NCBI GenBank assembly: GCA_051942205.1
Contig: JAVECO010000018.1
Span: forward strand, 124,001-188,000
DNA length: 64,000 nucleotides
Direction: 5' to 3'
From: Coniocarpon cinnabarinum
Taxonomy: Eukaryota
The notes under the pieces are model-generated. The model was not told where the DNA came from. It saw nothing but the letters and a program-made list of their open reading frames with translations, and ran no database searches. Position numbers and translations under genes: made by a program. This document shows positions 39,036 through 50,958 of the stretch, piece after piece (within the stretch, counting starts at the first letter, position 1; each line of letters begins with the position of its first letter).

Positions 39036-42000
39036 ATGGTGTCGCTGCACAGTGCCGAAGCCGGCGGCGTTCAGGACCGATGCTCGCTTCAATCAGGCCA
39101 GCGCACCCCGTATGAGCCACCAGCGTTTCCTTATGCCGCCTCTGTCCGGTCTCAGAAGACCAGGTCCGCCCACACCACATCCATACATCGGTCTTGTCCT
39201 CTACTGCATGCAATCTGGTCATCGATAGCGGCAAACGCAGTATCAGAGACCGATGAAAACGATTTATCCAGCCTTCCCAAATACTTTTGGCGGCAAATTC
39301 TGGGCCTCAACCCCTTCAAGACTTCGTATTGGTCTTTGTATCGCTCGGTGGATGATTGGAAAACGAGATGCACTCTCGTAGCTGGTATTGTTTGCGCGGC
39401 AGCAGCTGGCATACCACTGCCACTCATTGGCGTGATCTTCAGCACCATCATTGACTCATTCCCACCATCCGAGCAAGAGCTCAATAAGAGCATAGGGCAA
39501 TTGCTTGGTGTAGCGGTCGGCTATTTCGCATTGACCTGGGCATGGACAATTTGTTGGGGTCTGACAGGCGAAGTGATCTCGCGGCGCTTGCGGGAGGCTC
39601 TAGTTAAGAAAGCTTTAGGCATGGACATGGCGTTTTTCGATACTGAGTCGCTTGACATTTCCATGGTGTTGACCGAAAGCACTCAAACCATCCAGCTGGT
39701 GGGTTCATACTCGGCATTCCTTCACCTCGATTTGTGGATCGTAAAATGCTCTGACGCACTAGTCAATCATGGCTCTGAAGCATGACCAGACGCAGTGTCC
39801 TTTGATCTAGCAGCAAGTGCGTTAGAAGAAAACTCAGAAATCTGTCAGGAAGCGTTAAGGCGCTATCGTCATTGACTCCTTTCAACGCTTGGTACTTACG
39901 CTGACGCGTTTTTGTAGGGCACATCTGAAAAGGTCGGGTTGTTCATACAATCTATCAGCTATTTCGTCGCAGCGTTTGTGGTAGGATTTATTCTTAGTGC
40001 GAAACTTACAGCTGTACTTTTCGTGGCTGTCATTCCGACTATGGTGATTGTAGTCGTCAGCGGCACCACCGTTGTTTCGCGAGCGTCCAGGAGAGCACGT
40101 GAAGGGCTCGAAAACGCAGTGAATATCGCCGAAGGAGCTATTGGCTCAATACAGATTACGCAAGCTTTCGGGGCTAATGCAGCACTCGCCGACGAGCATT
40201 TCCGAGCTCTATCGCATGCCATGCGAAAAGGCTTCCAAAAGAGTGTTGCAGGGGCTTCCATGCTGGGCCTGATTTATTTCACCTGCTATGCAGCCAACGC
40301 GTTGGCATTCTACTACGGCAGTCGCCTGACGAATAGTGGAGCTGGAAGCATATATGCCGTTGTCTTCCTCATCCTTGACGCCTCCTTTGTGGTTGGGTGA
40401 GTGTCCATATCTATAATACTCGATGAATAAAAAAGTCATTCGTGTACTAACGCACAAGAACAGCCAATTTGGCCCTTTCGTCCAGACCTTCTCCTTCGCT
40501 GCGGCTGCTGGCTCGAAGGTGTTGGGCATTCTGGATCATCCAGTCCCGAGCATCGATGTTTATGCGCAAGATGGACTCACTTGTCAGAATGCAGACTTTG
40601 ACCACGACATCGTCCTTCAGGATGTCTCTTTCCGCTATCCAGCGAGGATAACGACTCGGGTTTTACATGACGTGACTTTGCGCATCAAGCCAGGTCGAAC
40701 CACTGGTATCGTCGGACTCTCAGGGTCAGGAAAGTCAACCATCGCAGGGCTACTATTGAGGCTTTATGATCCCTTCAGCGGCAAGGTTTACCTCGGTGGC
40801 CGAGATCTCTCGCAATTCAACTTGTCCACTCTGCGTGCGAGAATATCGTTCGTTGACCAAAATCCTACTCTTTTCACGGGTACAATCCTCCAAAACATTC
40901 AATACGGCATTATAAACGCAAGCCAGTACACTGACGAGGAGGTTCTCGGCCGGTGTAAGCGAGCAGCCCTGGCTGCGAATGCAGATTTTATAGCAACGCT
41001 GCCGAAAGGGATACACACAAAGGTCGGAATGTCCGGGGACACATCCTTGTCAGGTGGGCAGAAACAACGAATCTGCCTTGCGCGGGCTCTGGTATCGGAA
41101 CCGAAGCTGTTGATATTGGATGAGCCCACCAGTGCGCTTGATAGCTTGAGTGAATCTCTGATTACTGAGTCTTTGAAGCGGGTCGCAGCTTCAGGGTGTA
41201 CGATTGTCATGATTGCACATCGGATGGCGACAGTCCAAGATCTAGATACTATTGTTGTCCTTGAAAAGGGTGCACTGATCGAGCAAGGCTCGCACGAGGA
41301 ATTACTGGAGCATAATGGTGTCTATAAAGAGCTGGTACTTGCGCAGCAACTACCTAGCCCAGGAGAATTAACTCAATCACTTCCAGAACAGATGAGCCCG
41401 TCAGATTCCAGCATTTCCACAATCGATCAGTTTGAGAAGCACGCTCAACGGAGCTTACCACTAGTTGACCATCTTCAGGCCAAAGACTCCGGAGCGCTTC
41501 CTCTGAGAACAGTGCTCCTAAGATGTTTTGTCTTGAGCAAACCAGAGAGATCCCTATTGCTCATTGGCTTAGTAGCCTCTGTATTCGCTGGTGCTGTAGT
41601 CATAGGTGAGTGTAGAATGTTTGTTTGCCTCGCAGGCAATGCAGGGTCCCAATCTATGAATCGTTGAGACTGACATTGTGGCAACAGGCGAATCGATTTG
41701 TTTTGGTCATTTGATCAACCTGCTCAACGCTGATGATGTAAGTGGGGCTAATGTAAGGTCACAAGTAGACTTCTACTGCCTAATGTTCTTTGCAATCAGC
41801 TTCGTCGCTCTCTTGGCGTACTCACTGAGCGGTGCGATGTTCGGACTCGTTTCAGAAGCTCTGATACTTCGCGTGCGGGACATATCGCTGAGGACTATCC
41901 TTAAACAAGACATCAGCTGGTTTGCAACACCTGGCCATTCTGCACATGAGCTCATGGCGTCTGTGAATACAAATTCTGGCCAGCTAGCAGGACTCTCGGG

Positions 42001-43441
42001 CGTCATTCTTGGCACACTTTTTTCAGTCGTCACCAGCGTCGTCGGCGGTCTCATCCTCGCTTTGATCGTTGCCTGGAAGATTGCTGTGGTTCTACTCTCA
42101 GCAGTACCCGTCATGATCATCGCTGGTTTCCTGCGCCTGAGAGTACTTGCCAAGTCGGAAGAAAAGCACGAGACAATCTACAGCTCTGCCGCTGCCCAAG
42201 CTTCCGAGGCATTTCAAAAGATGCGAACGGTAGCAACTCTTGGTCGCGAAGCAGGAGTTCTGAGTGAGTACAAAATTGCTGTGGCAGATTGCTACACCGA
42301 AAGCTTTAAATTCATCATTTTCGGCAATCTGACTCTGGCCTTTTCACTTGCAATCACCTATTTTGTGTATGCACTAGCATATTGGTGGGGCGCGAGACAG
42401 GTTCGCGATGGCAATTATTCACAGCTTGATTTCTTCATTGTGTTGCCTGCTCTACTTTTCGCTGCACAATCGTCTGGACAGATGTTTAGTTTCGCACCAG
42501 AGTGGACGAAAGCTCGGTCAGCAGCCAACAATATCTTGAAACTGCATGATCAGAGACCGACCATCCTCGTTGAGCAGGACAATGATCCACGCGGGCACAT
42601 GCTGGGTCGGGTGTCGACCAACGAGCTCACAAGTATATCCGACAGTGTCCTACCTTCGGAGCCTGATCAAGTGGAGAAGGTCATCCCTCTTCCGAAAGGC
42701 CGTTTGGAATTGGAAGACGTGGTTTTCGCCTACCCTTCTCGCCCGCAAGAGTGTGTACTGAATCGGGTTAGCATGACGATCGAGCCCAATCAATTCGTTG
42801 GCATTGTGGGATCATCTGGAGCGGGAAAGTCGTCCTTGGTCGGGCTGCTCGAGCGCTTCTTCGATGCACAGAGCGGCACTATTCGGTTCGATGGTGTTGA
42901 CATCAGAAGTCGGCCCGCCTCGAAACATCGTGAAAGGCTGAGTCTGGTATCTCAAGAGCCGGACCTATTTTCGGGCTCAATCGCATTCAATATACGTCTT
43001 GGAGGACGACCTGGCCAAAGCGTTACACAGGATGACATTGAAAACGTGTGTAGAGAATGCGGAATCCATGATTTCATTATGGCATTGCCTGAAGGCTACT
43101 CTACTCAAGTCGGCTTCAATGGGTCCAAGCTTAGCGGCGGGCAGAAACAGCGCGTCGCCGTGGCAAGAGCCCTAGTTCGCAATCCCGATGTTCTTCTTTT
43201 GGACGAGGCTACAGCTTCGCTTGATTCTCAGAGTGAGAAGCAAGTTCACCAAGCAACCTTGGCAGCGGCCAAAAACCGGACCACGATTGTAATCGCTCAT
43301 CGATTGACAACTGTACAGCATGCTGACAACATTTTTGTCTTCGACAAGGGACGAATCGTTGAACGGGGCCGCCATGAGGAACTGATTGCAAAACGAGGCG
43401 TATACGCATCCATGGTGCAAGCTCAAAGTCTCACGAGCTGA
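39036..43441 (+). CDS. Full-length ABCB/MDR-type ABC transporter (TMD-NBD-TMD-NBD), 4 exons, ~1,345 aa
   Basis: Introns 39699-39917, 40397-40463 and 41606-41687. Walker A GLSGSGKST and GSSGAGKSS, signature LSGGQKQR twice, Walker B LILDE/LLLDE, GTSEKVGLFIQS across exons 1-2. The start codon is uncertain. Confidence 0.92.
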
Positions 43442-45356
43442 ATGACAGTCAGATATTCAATACCACGCGAAACTTGATCACCGCAAGAATCTCTTTAGAC
43501 TTTTCATACTGACACTGTGCGCTTCCAGGATGCTACATCATCAGACGACACCGTAAGCTTGCACGAGCTTGGTCAGACCTTTCAGCTCAAGCAGTGGTCT
43601 GCTGAATAGCATAGAAAGATTTACAATACAGACACAGCATCACATTCAAAAAAAAACATCTTTATCAAGCTGCATCCTCTTGCACCGCCTTGAAGCAGCA
43701 GCGTGTGCTCAGCACCTGCGTACCAGATATTGCGGACAATGGAGCACTCGCTCCATCTTCTCATCTCTGCTCCTGCCAAGCGAGTTCTACAATGTCGGAA
43801 CCTGACACCGGTACCATGCAAGCGTTCAATAATATGCGCAAAGAAGCTCTTAGCCTCAGCTTTGTTGGATGTCTGACATCAAGGATCTACAGAGCAACCG
43901 CGAGGCAATGTTGCTTGCGGTCGGCAAATCTCCGTGTGTCGCATGATCCTTGCTTACTTGCCCATCGCATTGTGCGAGCTGTTGAGCAAGTCAGTTTGTG
44001 TGGATGTTGAGGTCTACTTTGCCGCTCTTGGTTGGTTGCTTTTCGCGCCTGGACTATCGGGGCAGATCTAGGGCATCGATCTAATGGTACACTCCTTTTG
44101 GCAGCTATCCCGAACGTCTAGCCTCAGTCCGCAACCAGCAGTTGCTTCTGCATCATTGGCAACCCCTCCGTACTAAGAGAAGCTTCTTGAGCTGATTGCT
44201 CCAAAGTGAATTTGGCCCTAGCTTGGTTTTCAAAGTTCTGTAAGCTGTAGAAAAGTGGAGGCGCTCGTCTCAGCAACGGACCAGGCATGGGCAATCAAGC
44301 GTGATTGCGATAGCTCGATGTGGGAACGGTGGTAAGAAGAGTCCGCCATGGTGGAGAAAGGCTATGAGAACAAATGATGCATGCCACCGTTGTCGAGACG
44401 CTAAGCCGATGAAGCGTGTCGGTGTTTTCCTGGCTTTGGAATCAGCGCTGAGGCCGGCTCCGTTCCATGACCATTCAACTGTGGGCTTGGAAGAAACCTT
44501 GCCCATTCCTGGAGCGGCGGAGTGAGGGACTTGCAGAGGCCATCTAGCGGTGTGAGAAGAAGGTTGCAAGCGAAGCCAAGGGCAAGCACGCCTCGGAGAA
44601 GCAGGCGTCAAGAGGGGGCAGAAAAGCGGAGACGAGCGAGGTGTGGTTACAAAGGTGCCAAGGCGCTCGAGGTGGTATCTCTAATCTCTTCGGATCACCC
44701 CGGCGATGGAAAAGATAACTCGGACTTGCACGCCACAGCCTCGGCGGAGGCCCAAAGCGGCAAGGCGCGCGCGAATCGGCGATGGCGATGTGGGCGAGAT
44801 GGAATTGTGGGCTGCCGGGCAAGGTACTCGAGCAACTCGAGCAACTCAAGGCACCTCCCTTCGACACGCCATCTCTGTCCTCCCGTTGCACTACGCCGTA
44901 CCGTGGAGATGCTGGTACCGGCACACGCCCTCCACCGCGCCCTCCGCCAGATCGTGTACCTGCCATCTGTTGCTCTGAAGATTCGCTGTCCTCCTCTGCC
45001 GGCGACCATGCCAGACCCTCTGGCCAGCACGGCTTGCGTGACGAGGTGCTGTCACACTCGACTCTCCAACAGCTTCTCTCCATGTCTCCAATGTGCTGAT
45101 GTCATCACGGTCGCAGGCTCTTCATGTCCCACGACGCCTCGTAGCCTTCGCTGCCGACTGCTCTGCTTGGTTAGTAACGTCCGGGTTCTCTCCGATGGTA
45201 CTCATGAGACGGCCATGCTTGTTCCACGTCAAGACAGGTCAACAGGAGCCATAATGACCACGATCACTGGGCCTATACGTGAAACAAGTGATTTCCAGAG
45301 AGATTGGGTCTTTCTTTGCACTCTTTCACTTCTTGCCTCGCACAGGTGACTGCGTC

Positions 45357-45368
45357 ATATATATAAAC
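45357..45368 (+). promoter_or_regulatory. Putative TATA box of sidA
   Basis: ATATATATAAAC ~140 nt upstream of ATG 45504. Confidence 0.55.
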
Positions 45369-45503
45369 AAGCCAGACCGCGTGGCCGTTCGCGAGAATCC
45401 TTTGCCCTCCTCTCCGTTCGTCGCGACCCTCCTGCCTTCATTTCTGTTAAAACTCGGCGCTTGCGCAAAGCTGCTTAGGGTCTTTGATCCGCCCAGTTTG
45501 CCA

Positions 45504-47349
45504 ATGAACATGGCACGAGAGTCAACGCCCCGGCCCAGTGCATTCAACTCTGCACACACCCTTGTGCAGAATCATCGAGGTATGCTCCTACCACGGCCAA
45601 GCACACATCACGCAAGTCATCAGATCCTATTGTGAAACATCGTCACTCCAGTTCCAGGGTTCACGAATACGCGCGCAACACTCACAACTTGCACGCTAAT
45701 GCTTTCTAGCGAATTCACCCTTATTGTTGCCAGCCACGTCAGGTGACGAGCTTCATGACATTGTTGTCGTGGGCTTCGGTCCAGCAGCTGTCGCTGTGGC
45801 AGTTGCTATCCATGATGCGCTCGAGTCGAAACAGCTCCAACAAGCTCCTCGCATATGCTTTCTTGAGCGCCAGCCTTGTTTCGCTTGGCACTCTGGTAAG
45901 ATGCTCATGGTCTAGGGGCTTGCTGAATGACTTGACGTGCTGAGATGGTGATGTTAGGGATGCAAATTCCTGGTGCTACCATGCAGGTAAGTTTATCTTC
46001 CGTCAGAGCCTGTTAGATCAATACTGAAAGGAGCACCCAAGATCTCATGGATCAAAGACTTGGCTACCCTCCGAAACCCTCGTAGTCAGTTCACTTTCTT
46101 GAACTATTTGCATACAAAGAGCCGGCTGGTTGCGTTTTCTGACCTATCCACCTTCCTCCCCAAGCGCAGAGAGTACGAAGATTACATGCGTTGGTGTGCA
46201 GAGGCGTTCGACGACGTCGTGCTCTACGACCAAGAGGCTTGCGAGATAGCTCCGCAGCGTTCCAGCTTGACGTCAGCACCGATTGAGACTTTCGCGGTCA
46301 GAACTAGGAACACACGAACGGGTCATCACGAAGTCCGCCATACACGCCATGTCGTTATCGCTGGAGGTGGTAAGCCCAGTATTCCACCTCACTTTCCGCA
46401 GCATGATCCCCACGTGATTCATTCATCGAAGTACATGAGTCAGATAGGCAACGTGCTTCCTGAGAGCTCAAAAGCATATCGCATCGCAGTCCTCGGAGCT
46501 GGACAGTCCGCTGCTGAGGTGTTCAATGACCTTCACACACGCTTCCCAAGCTCTCGAACCCGGCTCATCATTCGGGGCGCTGCCCTCAAACCTTCAGACG
46601 ATTCGCCATTCGTCAATGAGATATTTGACCCGAACCGAACAGACAGCATCTTCAACGCCCCGCCGGAAGTACGGGCGAAGGACATCGAAAGAGACCGAGA
46701 CACCAACTATAGTGTTGTCCGATTGACGCTGCTTGAGAAGATGTACGAGAATCTCTACGAGCAGCACCTTGACCACGACCACAAAGAAGACTGGCCTCAT
46801 CAGATCCTAAACCACCGAGAAGTGACGAGCGTTGAGACTGGCAGCGAGTTCGATGCACCTGTGCGACTGCACATCAGCAACAGCAATCCCTGCCACGCCG
46901 GCGCAGGACCTGCAAAACGTGAGGAGCTTGACGTGGATGTTGTGGTCGTGGCAACTGGCTACGAGCGCAATCTTCATGACCGACTCCTAACCAAAGTCCA
47001 AGACCTAAAGCCGCACAAGGACGCAAGCAAGCTTGCCACGGAATGGCAAGTCTCACGCGACTACCGCGTGAAGTTCAGGGATGGGGCGGTTTCGGATGAC
47101 GCTGGCGTCTGGCTCCAGGGCTGTTGTGAGCAGACGCATGGCCTGAGTGATACTCTACTTAGCATCCTGGCAGTGCGTTCGGGGGAGTTGGTTGAGTCCA
47201 TGCTTGGTGATCAGGCGCGAGAGTGCTCGAGTCGGTGCACGTCAGCGGAAAGCTGGCTCAAGCCGGCATCCAATGGTATCATGGCAAACGGAACTCAATC
47301 ACACACGCCGAATGGTTACGCCAATGGCGGAGTCGATGAGCAGAGGTGA
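45504..47349 (+). CDS. sidA: L-ornithine N5-monooxygenase (siderophore biosynthesis), 4 exons, ~532 aa
   Basis: Exons 45504-45579, 45710-45895, 45958-45986, 46042-47349. FAD motif [36 protein letters not shown], NADPH motif GAGQSAAE, PSDDSPFVNEIF, VATGY, THGLSDTLLS. The start may be 45510. Confidence 0.93.
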
Positions 47350-47991
47350 ATGTATGCATTTGAGGGCGTCCTTTTTGCTGGGACCTGCATAGCCTGCAGG
47401 TGCATTGGGGTTCGATGGCAGTCTCTGCCCAAGATGAGTGACGGGCAGTCTACGATGTGTACCGGCCAGAAAATCCGATAGACAGGTACTTAAATTTTTG
47501 TTATTCAAGACATATGTACCGTGGTGCAATTGTGGCTACTCTCCCTCTCAGCGTGGGAATGTCTATTCAGCTACCGTGCCCAATGAGTTATGCCTGATTT
47601 ATGCAAGCCGATCTGCGTGCATAACTTTGCGTAGCTGCCTGACCGCAGCGTTATTTTGACAAACCAACGGCTCCGGCTTCCACCCATACACCGTACACTA
47701 CATAATACTAATATCTAGACTGGCACTTTGACAATTCTGCACTAATGTCACTGCCACGGCAAAGCCAAGTGAGAAGAGTTCCAACTCGTGGAACTAACGC
47801 AGCGGATCTCATCGTTCCGTAGCTAAGATTCGCTTTGGCCCAGTACCTCGATTGTCCGGCATTGCAATTCTCTAATCTCATACCTACAAGCTCTGGTAGG
47901 CCTCGTACTGTAAAATAGCTGGATGTGGCCACATTCACGGGTCATTGCAGCTCAGATAAAATTTTGGCTGTGAGCACGCTGCCCCACCGGC

Positions 47992-49824
47992 ATGTCTGTC
48001 TCGAGCTCTTCGGCGTCTGCTGATACACCGCCTGACACACTCTCAAAGACACCTACGTCCTTATCCAAGGATCGAATATGCCCATTCTGCGAGCAGGCGT
48101 TTACCTCCTCCTCTCTTGGCCGACACCTGGACCTCTACATCAGAGAAAAGAATCCGAAGCCTCCGGACGGTATTCACGATGTGGAGGAGATCCGCAAGAT
48201 GCGGCGAAAGATCACTCGCAGACAACCCAAGGGATCAGGTGTCGCCACGGCGAAGAGAAAAGCTGAGGCTGATAACGGGCCAGTCAATACCTCAACCCGT
48301 AAGATCAGAACGCAGGAGACAACGGATGACTTGCAGGAAAGGAGAAGCAGAGCCAGCACGTCGCAACTTGCAGAAGACGAGCCCACACAGCTCCGCGAGA
48401 ATCGAATTAGCAGCACCAACCTGAACGATGCATATAATCTTTACCCGAACACAAACCAGAATAACTATTCCTATTCAGGTCAGCGTGACGATCCTGTGCG
48501 TACTGGCGGGATAGTGAATTTTCAGCCAATAGGAAAGCCACCTGACGAAGCTATGCAGCTGGGATGGCAAGCGACCGGCGTGATCAGAGATATTCCTCTC
48601 ACCGGCCAGTCTTCTCCGAAGTCGAGCAGGAATGTGAGCTTCACAGCCGGAAATGTATCAAACCAACAGTATAGCTATACAGATTCCACCAACGTTGTGC
48701 AAAGTTCTGCCACTTCCGAGCCATTGCGAGGGATGTCACCGGGAGAAGAAAGCAGTGTCACCAGGATCGCTTTACGCGACGTTCTTCGGTCGTTGCAGCG
48801 TGCGCAAACGCGCCTCAGCGAGCCGGAAGCATTCAAGTTTGATGTTCTGTCCTTAAACTATCCAGCTTTATGCTTGCGCCTGCTTGGCGCGCCGAAAGCA
48901 CTATTTTCGTCCACGCCTATGGAGTCCGCGATGAATGCCGCCGATTTCTGGCCTCTTGGCGGTCCTCCTACGGCGGCTCACAAGCCGAAACTGCTGCAGA
49001 ATATTCGTGCGCGCGTCAAACTACACATGTATCTCTGTCCGCCGCATGAGACTCGTTTGGCTGAAACTCGACAAGAAGGCGTAGACGTCATCGAAGTAGA
49101 AACGGAGAAAAGATGCATAAGTTTTTTTGCACATGTTGAGGGTGCTTTACAACAATGGGAGTCATTTCCTCAGCAAGCCAGGGATGAGGTCTGGAAGTTG
49201 GAGCTCATGCGATTCTCCGCTAAATCAGGAGAGGATTATCACATCCTGGAAAGGAAGCTCGAAACTGCTCAAGACCTCGCAGAGGGTTTGAAAGAAGAGA
49301 TATCTCGTCTTCGAGAATCGAATCTGCAGCTGGCTAAGCACAGGAGAGGGTCTGGGATCAATCACCCTCAGATTGATCTATCTAAGGGTTCTGCAGACAG
49401 CGCCCCCCACGTGCCCGTTGTTGACGTTGGCATTGCGCGTGAAATGGAGGCCATGTGGACCGAAAGCGCTACCAGAGGTGGCGGCGGCTGGATGGACGGC
49501 GCGGGACTTGATCGTTGGGATTTCAGCAAAGTAATTGATCGGTACAAGTCTCTCGTCGTCGGAGGACGAACACGAACGGCATTATGGCCGGGCGACGCAT
49601 TGAAAGAATTTGACGAGGATCAGCAAGCTGCAGACCGTGTCGATGTAGGAGTTCCTGCCTCACACAATGGTGCAGATGTGTCAGCCAGGTCGCAAGAGCA
49701 GCTCTCTCGATTCAACCTTGGCTTTGGACCTGCAGTAAGCACAACCTGGAGGCCTGAGGACCTAATTCAACGTGGCGGCCCAGGCTGGACTGCTGAAGAT
49801 CTAGCCAAGCGAGGACTGGGTTGA
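47992..49824 (+). CDS. Fungal hypothetical protein with an N-terminal zinc-finger-like motif and a coiled coil
   Basis: 610-aa intronless ORF with CPFC..FTSSSLGRHLDLYI..KPPDGIHDVEEIRKMR and a heptad region LERKLETAQDLAEGLKEEISRL. Confidence 0.75.
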   Translation: MSVSSSSASADTPPDTLSKTPTSLSKDRICPFCEQAFTSSSLGRHLDLYIREKNPKPPDGIHDVEEIRKMRRKITRRQPKGSGVATAKRKAEADNGPVNTSTRKIRTQETTDDLQERRSRASTSQLAEDEPTQLRENRISSTNLNDAYNLYPNTNQNNYSYSGQRDDPVRTGGIVNFQPIGKPPDEAMQLGWQATGVIRDIPLTGQSSPKSSRNVSFTAGNVSNQQYSYTDSTNVVQSSATSEPLRGMSPGEESSVTRIALRDVLRSLQRAQTRLSEPEAFKFDVLSLNYPALCLRLLGAPKALFSSTPMESAMNAADFWPLGGPPTAAHKPKLLQNIRARVKLHMYLCPPHETRLAETRQEGVDVIEVETEKRCISFFAHVEGALQQWESFPQQARDEVWKLELMRFSAKSGEDYHILERKLETAQDLAEGLKEEISRLRESNLQLAKHRRGSGINHPQIDLSKGSADSAPHVPVVDVGIAREMEAMWTESATRGGGGWMDGAGLDRWDFSKVIDRYKSLVVGGRTRTALWPGDALKEFDEDQQAADRVDVGVPASHNGADVSARSQEQLSRFNLGFGPAVSTTWRPEDLIQRGGPGWTAEDLAKRGLG

Positions 49825-50209
49825 TAGGGTTGCAATCACGATCGCCCGCTGATACAAATGCTGGGCTCGCAAACGAAAAGCTTGGAAGATTTGAGATCTA
49901 ATACATGAGCACCTCCAGCGTTACCAGAATTGTTCGACTTGGACACCTCGCAATGTTGTCACCTTGAACCCATTCTAATGAGGTCTGACGCTGAGGCTGC
50001 TTTTAGTGGGATTTTGCTCGTTCAAATTTGCCTTTGCCTATCGCTTCATATACAGCAAGGCAAGTGGCAAACCTGGTTGCTACAATGGCTACCACCAGCA
50101 ATTATCTCATCTACAAAGTCGCACAGCCAACGATTTGCAATGGTTTACAAAGTCGTTGCTGCCAAACAATCTCCAACGTGCATCTCGAGAACCCACATAG
50201 CGCTTCAAG

Positions 50210-50863
50210 ATGTCTTCAGCGTCGCCGACGTTGCCTCCCTTACCACTACGTCCGTCCTCTTCAAAGGACATGCCAGAATACCACCACGAACTACGATCAC
50301 ATGCTCTCGTCCTTCCCGATGAAATTATCGAGCGCATCATCGCCCACATTCTCAGCAAAGAACTCATGTTGAGATCCATGGCTTACAATCGATACACTCT
50401 CAATCTCCTCGACACCTCTCGCACATTCCGCGCAATTACAGCACGCCTCATCCGCTACTACTCCATCTCCGCGACCAGAAACAGGGTCGCTGCGTTCAAA
50501 AAAGTCTTCAAGCATGGCGAAGCATGCTATCTTTGGCGTTGGGACCATGAAGAGTTTGGCTGTGAAGCGTTGGGAGCGGACTTCACGGGGTGTGAGTGTA
50601 CGGATGTGGAAGTCGCGCACAGCGTCGCAGCGAGAAGGGTGTGGACTATTGTCGTGAACAGACTGGCAGATTGTCGAACGATGATTGACGTGGCGGACGA
50701 GATTGGGGACCGCAGTGTTACTGAGGAGGTTGAGAGACGCGCCTGGGCGAATTACGATGAGGAGACTGGCATGAGTGAGGCGGAGATTACTGAAATCCTC
50801 TTAGAGGACGTCAAAATGGAAGAGAGCGAGCCTGACACCACGCTTGCAATCAGAGGTCGATGA
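50210..50863 (+). CDS. Hypothetical protein with an F-box-like N-terminal motif
   Basis: 217-aa ORF with good start context (TTCAAGATG). LPDEIIERIIAHI resembles F-box helix 1. Confidence 0.55.
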   Translation: MSSASPTLPPLPLRPSSSKDMPEYHHELRSHALVLPDEIIERIIAHILSKELMLRSMAYNRYTLNLLDTSRTFRAITARLIRYYSISATRNRVAAFKKVFKHGEACYLWRWDHEEFGCEALGADFTGCECTDVEVAHSVAARRVWTIVVNRLADCRTMIDVADEIGDRSVTEEVERRAWANYDEETGMSEAEITEILLEDVKMEESEPDTTLAIRGR

Positions 50864-50958
50864 GCGTCGTGTCCATCAAGACGAAGACGGCGTTGGCCGT
50901 AATTCGCGAGAATAGTTGGCTTCAATAACACTACTCTCATTGACAATTGGGTATCTGA

